Origin: Planctomycetota bacterium | Lineage (GTDB): Bacteria; Planctomycetota; UBA8108; UBA1146 | Reading direction: 5' to 3' | Length of the DNA: 64,000 nucleotides | Assembly: GCA_016776905.1 (NCBI GenBank) | Contig: JADHSM010000007.1 | Coordinates: 73,438 to 137,437, forward strand | Part shown: piece by piece, positions 45,974 through 55,894 of the stretch | Layout of the letters: each line of letters starts with the position of its first letter | Numbering within the stretch: the stretch's first letter is position 1 | The notes under the pieces: model-generated | The model's input: the letters and a program-made list of their open reading frames with translations, nothing else | What the model was told of the DNA's origin: nothing | The model's database searches: none | Translations under genes and position numbers: made by a program

Positions 45974-47140
45974 TCATTTATAAGCAGCGATACCGGTGAT
46001 TTCATGTCCCAGGATCAAAGCATGTATGTCATGTGTTCCCTCGTAGGTTTTGACCGATTCGAGGTTCAGCATGTGTCGCCCCACAGGATACTCATGGGTG
46101 ACGCCGTTTGCTCCCAGAAGGTCTCTTGCACTGCGAGCGATCTCTAATGCCCAGTGAACATTGTTCCGTTTCGCCATGGAAACGTGCTGAGCGGTCATTT
46201 TGCCGTCTTCTTTTAACTGCGAGAGCCTCAGATTGAGAAGTTGGGCTTTGGTGATCTCTGTGAACATCTCCGCCAGCTTCTGCTGAACAAGTTGGAAACT
46301 GGCAATCGGCTTATCGAATTGAATACGACTCAGTGAGTATTTTTTAGCCGCGTCGAAGCACGCCATGGCAGCCCCTGTGGCCCCCCATGCAATGCCGTAT
46401 CGAGCTTGGGTCAAGCAAGAAAGAGGGCCTCCCAAACCATCAGCACCAGGCATCAGGTTTTCCTTAGGAATCCTGCAGTCTTGGAAATGGAGTTCACTGG
46501 TGATGGAAGCTCTGAGTGAGAATTTCTTTCCTTGCTTTGTGGTACTGAATCCTTCAGTGCCTTTTTCGACGAGGAATCCTCTGATACGACCATCCAGTTT
46601 TGCCCACACGACGGCTACGTCAGCAACGCACCCATTGGTGATCCACATTTTATTGCCGTTAAGAACATAGGAATCACCATCCTCGACAGCGTGCGTGATC
46701 ATTCCACTGGGGTTTGAACCGTGATCGGGTTCGGTTAATCCGAAACAACCAATCATGCGACCCGCAGCGAGTTCAGGAAGGAACTTTTGTTTTTGCTCTT
46801 CTGTACCGTACCGATGGATCGGATACATCACGAGTCCACCTTGAACGCTGACAAAGGAACGAAGTCCGCTGTCTCCACGTTCGAGTTCCTGCATGATCAA
46901 TCCATAAGCGGTGTTGTCGAGTCCTGCGCATTCATAACCATCAAGGTTTGCACCGAGAAGTCCGAGCTCGCCCAACATCGGAATCAATTCAGTGGGAAAC
47001 TTATCTTCCATGAAACAATCATCGATGACATCGACGACATGATCGTCGACGAAATCACGAACGGTATCGCGAATCAATCTCTGCTCTTCAGTGAGCAGAT
47101 CATCAATGATGTAAAAATCTGTACCTTCGTACTTTTCCAT
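45974..47140 (-). CDS. gcdH: Acyl-CoA dehydrogenase, glutaryl-CoA dehydrogenase-like
   Basis: ELERGDSGLRS..SVQ, GCFGLTEPDHGSNP, KMWITNG, CLTQARYGIAWG, TYEGTHDIHALILG. Confidence 0.85.
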   Translation of the reverse strand: MEKYEGTDFYIIDDLLTEEQRLIRDTVRDFVDDHVVDVIDDCFMEDKFPTELIPMLGELGLLGANLDGYECAGLDNTAYGLIMQELERGDSGLRSFVSVQGGLVMYPIHRYGTEEQKQKFLPELAAGRMIGCFGLTEPDHGSNPSGMITHAVEDGDSYVLNGNKMWITNGCVADVAVVWAKLDGRIRGFLVEKGTEGFSTTKQGKKFSLRASITSELHFQDCRIPKENLMPGADGLGGPLSCLTQARYGIAWGATGAAMACFDAAKKYSLSRIQFDKPIASFQLVQQKLAEMFTEITKAQLLNLRLSQLKEDGKMTAQHVSMAKRNNVHWALEIARSARDLLGANGVTHEYPVGRHMLNLESVKTYEGTHDIHALILGHEITGIAAYK

Positions 47141-47337
47141 GGAGACCTCCGTCAGCATTTCCTGTCACAAGTATCCCCATATTAACCGGCGGAATGGGTT
47201 GGGAGAATGAAAAGAGACACGTTGAGGATCGGAATTGTTGACAAACTAGACTTTTCAAAACGACCGTGAGGTCCAGTGAGCCATTTCTCGCCCACTCGTC
47301 TGGATAAACCGGAGAAAGCATGCGCAAGCGTGGGTAC

Positions 47338-47371
47338 AAAAAAAAAGGCCAGCACCGAAGTGCTGACCTCT
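47338..47371 (-). terminator. Intrinsic terminator of the tRNA pair
   Basis: Minus strand AGGTCAGCAC-TTCG-GTGCTGGCCT followed by a T run. Confidence 0.88.
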
Positions 47372-47380
47372 TGTTTTAAG

Positions 47381-47455
47381 TGACCCCAAGGGGATTCGAA
47401 CCCCTGTTCTCAGGATGAAAACCTGATGTCCTAGACCTGACTAGACGATGGGGCC
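47381..47455 (-). tRNA. tRNA-Glu (TTC)
   Basis: GGCCCCATCGTCTAG...TCAGG-TT-TTC-AT-CCTGA...GGTTCGAATCC..TGGGGTCA. CCA not encoded. Confidence 0.95.
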
Positions 47456-47467
47456 TTAATTTCTAAG

Positions 47468-47540
47468 TGAGAGCAGATGGGCTCGAACCATCGACCGACG
47501 CCTTAAAAGGGCGTTGCTCTACCAACTGAGCTATGCTCCC
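47468..47540 (-). tRNA. tRNA-Lys (TTT)
   Basis: GGGAGCATAGCTCAGTTGGTAGAGC, ACGCC-CT-TTT-AA-GGCGT, GGTTCGAGCCC. CCA not encoded. Confidence 0.95.
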
Positions 47541-47549
47541 GAACGAGGG

Positions 47550-47578
47550 AATCTACCGAGTGAAAATTTACACGTCAA
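47550..47578 (-). promoter_or_regulatory. Sigma70 promoter of tRNA-Lys/tRNA-Glu
   Basis: TTGACG-17 bp-TAGATT about 10 bp upstream of tRNA-Lys. Confidence 0.75.
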
Positions 47579-47595
47579 CATTTTCCGCACGAATT

Positions 47596-48153
47596 TCAAA
47601 TTTCCATCAACTCTGAGGTCTTACGTTTCAGGTCATTATCGACCTGATTTTCAAGATTTTTAAGGATCCCCTGGATCCGATCTTTGCAGTCAGACAGCTC
47701 GTCTTCGGACAGATCGCCGTCCTTCTTAGAGCCCTCAAACGTCTTGTTTGCGTCTCTACGGACGTTTCGCATGGAGATGCGGGATTCCTCGGCAATCTCC
47801 TTTGCGCGCGATACCAGCTGCTTACGGCGCTCCTCTGACAAGGGGGGAACCTTGAGTCGAATTAATTTTCCATCATTTTGAGGAGTAATCCCCAAATCCG
47901 AGGCCAAGAGGCCTTTTTCCATATCGGAGATGGCTGATGCGTCGAAGGGTTTAATGACAATTTGGTCCGGTTCGGGGACTGAAATGCTCGCCATATCCTT
48001 CACGGGAGTGGGAGATCCGTAGTAATCGACCCGAATCGACTCGACGAGACCTGGATGGGCTCGACCCGTTCTCATTCCCCGAAATTCGTCTCTCATGAAG
48101 TCCAACGCTTTGGACATGCGATCTTCAGCATCCTGGACAATTTCTTCCATCAT
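47596..48153 (-). CDS. frr: Ribosome recycling factor
   Basis: RTGRAHP, VDYYG..TP, PPLSEERRK, RNVRRDAN. Confidence 0.97.
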   Translation of the reverse strand: MMEEIVQDAEDRMSKALDFMRDEFRGMRTGRAHPGLVESIRVDYYGSPTPVKDMASISVPEPDQIVIKPFDASAISDMEKGLLASDLGITPQNDGKLIRLKVPPLSEERRKQLVSRAKEIAEESRISMRNVRRDANKTFEGSKKDGDLSEDELSDCKDRIQGILKNLENQVDNDLKRKTSELMEI

Positions 48154-48171
48154 TCTTGTTTCCTTTCGAGC

Positions 48172-48918
48172 TCACTCTTGAGAAGGAGACGGAAGATCCG
48201 CATCCGTATCGTCTTCTGTATGCACTAAAGTCCCTACGGGATCCCCCATCAAGGCGGATTCCACGGCACCTTCAGGGTGCATATCAAAAACCCTCAATCG
48301 CAAACCTTGCTCATTACACATCGTGAAAGCTGTGGAGTCCATGACCCTCAAGTTTCTCTTGAGGACCTCGGAAAAAGTGATGACGTCGAATCTTTGAGCA
48401 CCGGGGACTTTTTCAGGATCTGCGTCGTAGACGCCGTCCACCTTGGTCGCTTTGAGCACTTCCTGACATTCCAGTTCTGCGGCTCTCAGGACACTGCATG
48501 TGTCTGTGGTAAAGAACGGATTACCCGTCCCACCAGAGAGGATCACCACGTGGCCCTCACTGAGCTTCTGACGGGCTCGAGTGGAGTTAAAGGGTTCCAC
48601 TTGAGGAACGGGGCTACCGGCCCCCATGACCAAGGAGGGCGTCCCTAGGAGTTGCAGGTGAGCGTAGATCGCCAGTGCGTTGACATGAGTCGCAGACATC
48701 CCGATGGCGTCTGCGATCGTTTGCGGCAATCCAGTTCCATTCCAGTCCTCGCCGCGGCAGATATTTCCGGCTCCAACGACGATGGCGATCTGGATATGAG
48801 AACTCGCCCGAGCCACCTCTTGGGTGAGTCGGGCGAGAGAATTTTGACAAAGTCCAGTCCCGGAGTCACCTCCGAGAACTTCACCGCTGACCTTCAGGAG
48901 GACTCGCCTCGAAAGCAT
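48172..48918 (-). CDS. pyrH: UMP kinase
   Basis: RVLLKVSGE, GAGNICRG, GTGNPFFTTD, KATKVDGVYDADP, VMDSTA. Confidence 0.96.
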   Translation of the reverse strand: MLSRRVLLKVSGEVLGGDSGTGLCQNSLARLTQEVARASSHIQIAIVVGAGNICRGEDWNGTGLPQTIADAIGMSATHVNALAIYAHLQLLGTPSLVMGAGSPVPQVEPFNSTRARQKLSEGHVVILSGGTGNPFFTTDTCSVLRAAELECQEVLKATKVDGVYDADPEKVPGAQRFDVITFSEVLKRNLRVMDSTAFTMCNEQGLRLRVFDMHPEGAVESALMGDPVGTLVHTEDDTDADLPSPSQE

Positions 48919-48932
48919 GGCCCGCGTGACCT

Positions 48933-49523
48933 CTACTGGCCGATTTCAAACCGACTGAAACGGGTCAACTGAATGTTCTCACCAATAGTGGCGATGGCAT
49001 CTGTGACCACTTGCTCAATCGACTTTTTATCGTCTTTGATAAAGGCTTGCTTGATGAGGCAAACTTCGCTGAAAAACTTATTCAGCTTACCCTCAACAAT
49101 ATTGCCTCTGATCGCTTCAGGCTTATCTGCAACTTGCTCCAAGAACACTGCGCGTTCACGCTCAATTAATTCTGGATCAAGTTCTTCAGGAACGAGAGCT
49201 TGAGGATTCATCGCTGCGATATGCATCGCAATATCACGAATCAACTCTTGGAACTGATCATTCTTGGCGACGAAATCAGTTTCGCACAAGACTTCCACGA
49301 TGACTCCAATTTTTCCATTGGAGTGTACGTAGGATCCGATCCAACCTTGGTTGGTCTCACGTCCCGCTTTCTTTGCCGCCATTTGCGCGCCACGCGATCT
49401 TAAGAGATCGATGGCCTTCTCCAAATCTCCGCTGGTTTCAAGAAGAGCTTTTTTGCATTCCATCATGCCAACGCCTGTGCGTTTTCTGAGCTCAGCAACG
49501 TCCTTGGCACTGAAGTCACTCAT
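48933..49523 (-). CDS. tsf: Elongation factor Ts (short form)
   Basis: VAELRKRTGVGMMECKKAL, CETDFVA, MHIAA, RFSRFEIG. Confidence 0.97.
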   Translation of the reverse strand: MSDFSAKDVAELRKRTGVGMMECKKALLETSGDLEKAIDLLRSRGAQMAAKKAGRETNQGWIGSYVHSNGKIGVIVEVLCETDFVAKNDQFQELIRDIAMHIAAMNPQALVPEELDPELIERERAVFLEQVADKPEAIRGNIVEGKLNKFFSEVCLIKQAFIKDDKKSIEQVVTDAIATIGENIQLTRFSRFEIGQ

Positions 49524-49566
49524 CGGTTCTCCGATCTGCCAGTATTCTCACTGGCCTGAACTGTTT

Positions 49567-50508
49567 CTAAGATTTTGAAGCTTCACCACTGTCCGTGGCG
49601 GAGGGCTTGGGGTCTTCTGCTTTGGTTTTTGCAGCTTTTTCTGGTGTCACGACGAGCTTGGGCTTCGCTTTCTCTGCCTGAGGAGCCTCCGCGCCAGGAG
49701 CCGGTTTGGGAGCTTGGAACTCCTTTGACCGGTTTTCCTTGGTCATATTGCGGCTCTTCTCTTTTGCGCGAGACTTGTCCTCGTCAGCAGATTTACGAGC
49801 GGCTTCAGCCTGCTGCTCAGCGACAAGCTTGTCCTTACCGGCGATGATCGCATCGGTCAGTTGGCTCAGAATGACTTCGATACTTCGGTAAGCATCGTCA
49901 TTTCCGGGAATAGGGATATCAACCAAGTTCGGATCACAGTCCGTATCCACGATTGAAATCACAGGGATTCCCTTTGTGTGAGCTTCTCTAACAGCAATCT
50001 CGTCACGACGAATATCGACGGTGATCATGGCACCCGGCAAACGGTTCATGTTACGGATACCTTCGAGGTTTCTGAAAATCTTGCGACGTTCGCGTTCCAT
50101 CGTTGCAAGTTCTTTCTTACCACGGCTTCCATCGGCTAAATCGGCGAGGTCTTTTTCGAGCTCTTCGAGACGGCGCAGGCGTGCACGAATCGTCTGGAAG
50201 TTTGTCAGAGTTCCTCCGAGCCACCTGTGGACGCAGAAGTGCATTCCGCAACGAGCAGACTGCTCGCGAACGACTTCTCTCGCCTGTGACTTGGTGCCTA
50301 CGAATACGACCTCGTGACCTGCTGCACAGATGTTCTCAAGGAAGTGTTGGGCTCTGACGATGCCCCGAACTGTCTGACGCAGATCGATGACATGAATCTT
50401 GTTGTGCTTTTGATGAATGTATTCAGCCATGGCGGGGTGCCAACGACTGGAACGGTGTCCAAAGTGAACACCTGCTTCAATGAGTTCCTGGATCTGCAAT
50501 CCGGACAT
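49567..50508 (-). CDS. rpsB: 30S ribosomal protein S2 with C-terminal extension
   Basis: EAGVHFGH, FVGTK, RWLGGTLTNF, VDTDCDP, IPGNDDA. Confidence 0.97.
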   Translation of the reverse strand: MSGLQIQELIEAGVHFGHRSSRWHPAMAEYIHQKHNKIHVIDLRQTVRGIVRAQHFLENICAAGHEVVFVGTKSQAREVVREQSARCGMHFCVHRWLGGTLTNFQTIRARLRRLEELEKDLADLADGSRGKKELATMERERRKIFRNLEGIRNMNRLPGAMITVDIRRDEIAVREAHTKGIPVISIVDTDCDPNLVDIPIPGNDDAYRSIEVILSQLTDAIIAGKDKLVAEQQAEAARKSADEDKSRAKEKSRNMTKENRSKEFQAPKPAPGAEAPQAEKAKPKLVVTPEKAAKTKAEDPKPSATDSGEASKS

Positions 50509-50769
50509 CTTATTTCCTTACCGCTTTTCGATGCTGGGGCCCTTGCTGCAGGTAACCCACGAAAAGCATGAACTTGAGTGATCTCTTCAATTTTTGAAGA
50601 GTCGAATGACCCCACCTACATAGTCGGATCAGAAGGTAAATTAGCGATCTGAGAGAGAGCCATCAATCGAATCACCCTGTCAAAAGGGTGACAAACCAAT
50701 AAAACTCATGCGAAGGGCAAGAAAAGACCTCAAAGTGACGAAAGATGGCGTCTAAAAGGCCCGTAAAAC

Positions 50770-51765
50770 CTAAAGCGCTCTTTGTCGATCCCTCAGGCTC
50801 TCCAGCACTTTGCCGGCAGCGACCATGGCTCTTACACCCTGAGCACCGGAAACCGCAGGAGGACGAAGTCCTTTCGCAGAGTCCATAAAGGCTTCCAACT
50901 CTGCGCGCAGCGGTTCGGCACCACTAATTTCAAGAGGCTCTTGGTGAAGATGCTTAGCGAGGAATGACTCGGCACCCTCGGGGGCATCGAGGCGTCCGGC
51001 TGTATCGAGGAAGTCTGCAGGATCGTATTCGGAATCCAACGAGACTTGGAAACCGGTTCGATCTACAAGGTCGAGGCTGATGTATTGGCGAGGACCGAAT
51101 ATTCGAACTTTTCTTGATCGGCTAAAGGCCACTCGACTTGTTTTCACAAAAGCTGTGGCGCCTGAAGCGAAACTCAATCGTGCATGAGCAAGATCTTCTG
51201 TCGGAGAAATGACTCGAGAGCCATGAGCGTCCACCTCTGTCAGTTCGCTTTCAATCAGATGAAGAACGATATCGATATCGTGAATCATTAAATCGTGAAC
51301 AACACTGGTCTCAGTCGAACGCAAGGAAAAGGGATGTATTCGATCGCACTCAATAAATACGGGATCCTTGACCTTATGAATCGCTGATCGAACTACGGGA
51401 TTAAATCGTTCGATATGCCCGACTTGCAATACCGCCTCATTTTCCTGAGCGACCGAACAAAGGAAATGAGCATCCTCTAAAGTGTGAGCGAGTGGCTTCT
51501 CCACGAGAACTGCTTTGCCGGCCTCTAGGAACGGAGTGGCGGACTTTCGATGCTCAGGTGTGGGTGTCACGATGCTAACAGCATCTACAGCATCGATGAT
51601 TTGGTCGGGATGCTCAAATACAACGCATTGATTTTCAGCGGCAATCTCGCGTGCTCGGTCCGACGAAACGTCGTAAACCCCCACGAGTTCAGCACCCGGA
51701 ATCTCATTCCAATTTCTGGCATGAGCACTCCCTAAATGACCGACACCAATGACTGCGACCTTCAT
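50770..51765 (-). CDS. Gfo/Idh/MocA oxidoreductase, GnnA-like by position
   Basis: GVGHLG..H, VEKP, QVGHIERFNP, DLMIHDID, SRV. Immediately after lpxA. Confidence 0.85.
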   Translation of the reverse strand: MKVAVIGVGHLGSAHARNWNEIPGAELVGVYDVSSDRAREIAAENQCVVFEHPDQIIDAVDAVSIVTPTPEHRKSATPFLEAGKAVLVEKPLAHTLEDAHFLCSVAQENEAVLQVGHIERFNPVVRSAIHKVKDPVFIECDRIHPFSLRSTETSVVHDLMIHDIDIVLHLIESELTEVDAHGSRVISPTEDLAHARLSFASGATAFVKTSRVAFSRSRKVRIFGPRQYISLDLVDRTGFQVSLDSEYDPADFLDTAGRLDAPEGAESFLAKHLHQEPLEISGAEPLRAELEAFMDSAKGLRPPAVSGAQGVRAMVAAGKVLESLRDRQRAL

Positions 51766-51774
51766 GGAATTCTC

Positions 51775-52560
51775 CTAGGGCTGAAGAGCTCGGCCTTGGC
51801 GACCTTCTTCTGAACAACGCAGGAAAGTACGCAGATGTACGCCCTCCTCTGGAACTTCTTCTCGCTGCTCCAGAAGCTGGAATGCTTCTCTGCGAATCAT
51901 GTTGTTACTGTAAAGTAATCTTTGGGCTTCTTTGATCCAGGCACAAACATTTTCGTCGAGGCCTGCTCTTTTCATTCCGACGCTATTCACTGCCCGAACA
52001 CGAGCGGGGTTACCCTCCGTGATCATGAACGGAGGAGCGTCAGTGCTGACCTTTGTCATACCGCCAATGAAGGCGAGACGACCGACCTTCGCATAGTGAT
52101 GAACGGCTGCAAGACCGCCGAATCCTGCTTGATCCTCGACGACGACGTGGCCCCCTAAGAGAACACCGTTCGCCATGATGACGTCATTACCGACGATGCA
52201 GTCATGAGCCACATGAGAACTCGCTAAAATATAACAGCGACTGCCAAGCCGAGTGGAACCCCCACCTTGGATTGTCCCCCGGTTAATTGTGCAGTGCTCT
52301 CGGAACAGGTTGTCAGAGCCGATTTCAAGCCAGGTCTCTTCGCCCTGCCATTTTTTGTCTTGCGGATCTCCGCCGATGACAGATCCCGGATGAATAATAT
52401 TTCGTTCACCCAGTTTGGTGTTACAGAAAATGGAGGCGTGATGATGAATGACACAGTTGTTGCCAACGGTCACATTGGGGCCAATAAAAACCCCGGGGCC
52501 GATCTCGACCCCGTCACCTATTTCTGCACTCGAATCTATGACAGCCGTAGGATGTATCAA
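51775..52560 (-). CDS. lpxA: Acyl-ACP--UDP-N-acetylglucosamine O-acyltransferase
   Basis: IHPTA start (TTG at 52560 after GAGGAG), hexapeptide repeats, GGDPQD, REHCTINRGT, HVAHDC, GNPA..VNSVGMKR. Confidence 0.95.
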   Translation of the reverse strand: MIHPTAVIDSSAEIGDGVEIGPGVFIGPNVTVGNNCVIHHHASIFCNTKLGERNIIHPGSVIGGDPQDKKWQGEETWLEIGSDNLFREHCTINRGTIQGGGSTRLGSRCYILASSHVAHDCIVGNDVIMANGVLLGGHVVVEDQAGFGGLAAVHHYAKVGRLAFIGGMTKVSTDAPPFMITEGNPARVRAVNSVGMKRAGLDENVCAWIKEAQRLLYSNNMIRREAFQLLEQREEVPEEGVHLRTFLRCSEEGRQGRALQP

Positions 52561-52570
52561 TGCGGTCTCC

Positions 52571-53875
52571 TCATTGAGCGTCAACAAGCATGAAGCGAAT
52601 CGTGGCCTCTGTCACAGGCTTGCCATCTACGGTAGCACGAACCTGCACCTGTGCAGAGCGTTCTCGGAGTCTTTTGAGCTCGGCCTCCAGTATCAACTGG
52701 TCACCGGGAATCACGGTTTTACGAAACTTAACGTCGTCCATTCCCAGAATATAGGCCAATCTTGAGGCATCGGCACTCCCCCGCAGGAGTAGGACGCCTG
52801 AGAGTTGAGCCAAAGCTTCCAACTGGAGAACTCCCGGCATGACAGGTTGTCCAGGGAAATGCCCTTGGAAGAACTCTTCATTAAAGGTGACGTTTTTTAA
52901 GCCCACAGCACGCACGCCGTCTTCCACTTCAAGAACACGGTCGACGAGAAGGAAAGGGTATCTGTGAGGAAGAAGCTTATGGATATCTCGGATTTCCAAA
53001 CCTCGAGGAGATTTGACGAGGATATCTTCCAGTTCCATCGCTCGGACATGGGCTTCGGCAATCTTGCTCGCGAGTTGTGCGTTGAGTCCATGGCCACTTC
53101 GGTGGGCAATAATATGCCCTTGGATGGAGCAACGCAGAACGTAGAGGTCTCCCAGCAAATCCAAAACTTTATGGCGTGCGGGTTCGTCAATGAATCGCCC
53201 ACCTAAAGCTTCACCGCTGTCAGTCACGATCACGGTATTCTCTTCAGTCGCTCCCTTACCGAGTCCTTGTGCCTTCAATTCTTTGACCTCTCGCTCAAGC
53301 ACGAAAGTGCGAGCGGGAGCAATCTCTTTGGCATAAAGTTCTTCGGTTATTTTGAAATCGACAGTTTGGTTAAAGCCTGGATCTCCGGGATATTGAAGCG
53401 TGTAGGTCACTCTCAGATCATCACCAGGGAGAGCGACCACACTGGCCATGTCTTCTTCGGCACTCACCGCATTAGTGATCGCGAGAGATCGGCCTCGTGA
53501 CCCTTGTTTTTCAATACCCGTCTCACCAATAGCCTCTAAAAATTGAAGCGAACTGCCGTCAAGTCCGGGTACTTCAGGGCCATCAATTTCAATGATCCCA
53601 TTTTCAATGCCCAGTACATGAAGCACCGAAAGGAGATGCTCACATGTATGAACCTCTATATCCCCGATGCCGAAACTGGTCCTGCGAGGATGACGACGCA
53701 AGGTCTCCAGAGTCAGTGGTATACGTGCCTCTGGGCCAATATCAGTCCGCACAAAATGGATACCGGAATCAGGCTCGCCGGGCAGCAAGCGCAATTTTGT
53801 CTCGACCCCGGAATGAAGTCCAGGTCCGGTGAAAACAGTTTCATTTCGGATCGTTTGTTGCGACAAAGTGGGCAA
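52571..53875 (-). CDS. lpxC: Bifunctional LpxC deacetylase / FabZ dehydratase fusion
   Basis: QQTI..G.GLHSG, TCEHLL, EVPGLDGS, IAPARTF, HKVLDLLGD, then LPHRYPFLLVDR and GHFPGQPVMPGVL. Confidence 0.95.
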   Translation of the reverse strand: MPTLSQQTIRNETVFTGPGLHSGVETKLRLLPGEPDSGIHFVRTDIGPEARIPLTLETLRRHPRRTSFGIGDIEVHTCEHLLSVLHVLGIENGIIEIDGPEVPGLDGSSLQFLEAIGETGIEKQGSRGRSLAITNAVSAEEDMASVVALPGDDLRVTYTLQYPGDPGFNQTVDFKITEELYAKEIAPARTFVLEREVKELKAQGLGKGATEENTVIVTDSGEALGGRFIDEPARHKVLDLLGDLYVLRCSIQGHIIAHRSGHGLNAQLASKIAEAHVRAMELEDILVKSPRGLEIRDIHKLLPHRYPFLLVDRVLEVEDGVRAVGLKNVTFNEEFFQGHFPGQPVMPGVLQLEALAQLSGVLLLRGSADASRLAYILGMDDVKFRKTVIPGDQLILEAELKRLRERSAQVQVRATVDGKPVTEATIRFMLVDAQ

Positions 53876-53884
53876 GAATACCTA

Positions 53885-54445
53885 CTACTTTTTTGCGACT
53901 CGGTTAATGACGTCCAGCGTGATATCTAATTCAGGACGAGCCCAAACACTCACGTAGACTTTAAAGTTTTCTGCTCTTGAGACGTTATTAACAACGACGT
54001 CCAGCTCTCTCTCGGTGGCCACCTCTTCGATGGTCGATCTGACGAGATTCACCAGCGCTTCACGACGAGCCGTGAATCTTGTCGCGAATTCTTTTTCTAA
54101 GTCTTCCTTTTTCCAAATCAGTTCAGCATTTTTAAGAGCAAATTTTTTCTCGATATCACGTCTTCCATTTGAACCTGGCTGCAACTGTTGTGCTTCAGCC
54201 TCAAGTTGCTGGAGTTCTGCCTCGATATCACGAAGACTTTTCTCCATACCTGCTCTGAGGACGTTGAATTCTTCTGTGATCTGCTTTCCCTGCGGGATTT
54301 GATCGAGGACCACTTGAACATCACAAACACCAAGACGGTGATTTTCAGATTGATACGGAAGACCGAGAACACCGGTTTGGGTCCCTGTCAACAAGAGTAG
54401 TACCAACAGAACGGGCAAGATGGCTTGGGAAATCGTATTTTTCAT
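53885..54445 (-). CDS. skp: OmpH/Skp periplasmic chaperone
   Basis: Signal peptide, LGVCD, long helical hairpin, LDVV...DITLDVI end. Upstream of the lpx genes. Confidence 0.75.
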   Translation of the reverse strand: MKNTISQAILPVLLVLLLLTGTQTGVLGLPYQSENHRLGVCDVQVVLDQIPQGKQITEEFNVLRAGMEKSLRDIEAELQQLEAEAQQLQPGSNGRRDIEKKFALKNAELIWKKEDLEKEFATRFTARREALVNLVRSTIEEVATERELDVVVNNVSRAENFKVYVSVWARPELDITLDVINRVAKK

Positions 54446-54470
54446 GAATCTTTCCTTTTCGCTTATGAAT

Positions 54471-55817
54471 CTAAAATGTGTCACTCGGCAACGGAGGCTC
54501 TGCAAAGGTCAGAGTTTCTCCTCGGAATGAAAGTTTAAAGCTGCCCACAGAACCTTTTCTGTGCTTAGCAATAATCACTTCTGCGAGGCCCTTGGCCTCT
54601 TCGCTATCAGGTTTGTAGTACTCTTCACGGAAAAGCAACATGATCAAGTCCGCATCCTGTTCGATGGCCCCTGATTCACGCAAGTCTGACATCTGAGGTT
54701 TTTTACTTTCCCGAGATTCGACAGCGCGGGAAAGTTGGGAAATCGTCAATACTGGAACCTCGAGCTCACGAGCCAATTGTTTCAATGATCTCGAGATCTG
54801 AGAGATTTCCTGCTGGCGATTTTCTGCTCGGCCCCCACCCAATTCCAACAGCTGCAAATAGTCGATAACGATCAATCCAAGATTGTGCTTTTGGTGCAAC
54901 AGTCTGGCCCGAGAACGAATCGTGAGAGCATTCAGTCCCGGAGAATCGTCGATGTAAATCGGCGCTTTACTGAGATCGACCGCTCTGTTGGTCAGTCGTT
55001 CCCACTCAGGATCAGTAATCTGATTTTTATAGATATGGTGCGCAGGAACAACAGCAGCATTGGACAGCATGTTCGCCGCAATTTGGTCATGGCTCATTTC
55101 GAGACTGAATATCGCAACAGGCACCTGGTTTTTTAAAGCGGCATGGAGAGCAATATTCAGACTAAAAGTGGTTTTACCCATGGAGGGTCGCCCCGCGACG
55201 ATCACCAAATCAGTCGGTTGCAATCCACTCGTTTTTTCATCGAGATCCTTGAAGCCGGTCAGCACACCTGCATTTTCGCCCCGCTCTCTGGCGTCAATCA
55301 GTTTGAAAACATTCTCGAGAGCTTCATTCATATTCGTGACATTTTTACGTCGGCTATTGTCTGCAAGTTCAAGGATGAGCGTCGACGCCTCTTCAATAAG
55401 GTCATCGGCAGGTGCCTGACCTTGTTTCGCTCGAGACTCGACGTCTTGACAGACTTCTATGACCGCTCTTCTGCGCGCGGTTTGCTGAACGATCGATCCG
55501 TATTCCAATGCATTCGTACTTGTACGAACCTTCTTGCCCAATTCTTGAACGAACTCGCGTCCACCGGCATTCTCGAGAAGACCATTTCGCTCCATTTGAT
55601 CAATGAGCAAAACGGGCTCGATGACCCCTTCTTCAGCGAGAAGAAATTGAATCTGTTGGAAAATGACCTGATGCCGAGCGAAGTAGAAGAACTCTGACCG
55701 AAATTGATCGACGATGGCTTTACTGGCCATTCCCCCAAACAAGATAGAACCCAGCAGGAATTCCTCGGCCTCTTTGTTATGCGGTAGATTTGATTCGGCA
55801 AAGTCTTGAGTGATCAT
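54471..55817 (-). CDS. dnaB: Replicative DNA helicase
   Basis: LPHNKEAE, TGFKDLD, AGRPSMGKT, FSLEM, IDYLQL, SQLSR, SDLRESGAIEQDAD. No intein. Confidence 0.97.
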   Translation of the reverse strand: MITQDFAESNLPHNKEAEEFLLGSILFGGMASKAIVDQFRSEFFYFARHQVIFQQIQFLLAEEGVIEPVLLIDQMERNGLLENAGGREFVQELGKKVRTSTNALEYGSIVQQTARRRAVIEVCQDVESRAKQGQAPADDLIEEASTLILELADNSRRKNVTNMNEALENVFKLIDARERGENAGVLTGFKDLDEKTSGLQPTDLVIVAGRPSMGKTTFSLNIALHAALKNQVPVAIFSLEMSHDQIAANMLSNAAVVPAHHIYKNQITDPEWERLTNRAVDLSKAPIYIDDSPGLNALTIRSRARLLHQKHNLGLIVIDYLQLLELGGGRAENRQQEISQISRSLKQLARELEVPVLTISQLSRAVESRESKKPQMSDLRESGAIEQDADLIMLLFREEYYKPDSEEAKGLAEVIIAKHRKGSVGSFKLSFRGETLTFAEPPLPSDTF

Positions 55818-55894
55818 TCTGTTTCCCCATCGAACGCTATCTGATTGAATCCGTCAGAATCGATCTGAGGCTTCTTCCATAAATCAGAGCGAGA

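Noticed and set aside
47141-47580. Prophage or island integration at tRNA-Glu/Lys (also tRNA-Gln at 61583)
   Set aside because: No integrase, no duplicated tRNA 3' end noticed, and the flanks are core genes.
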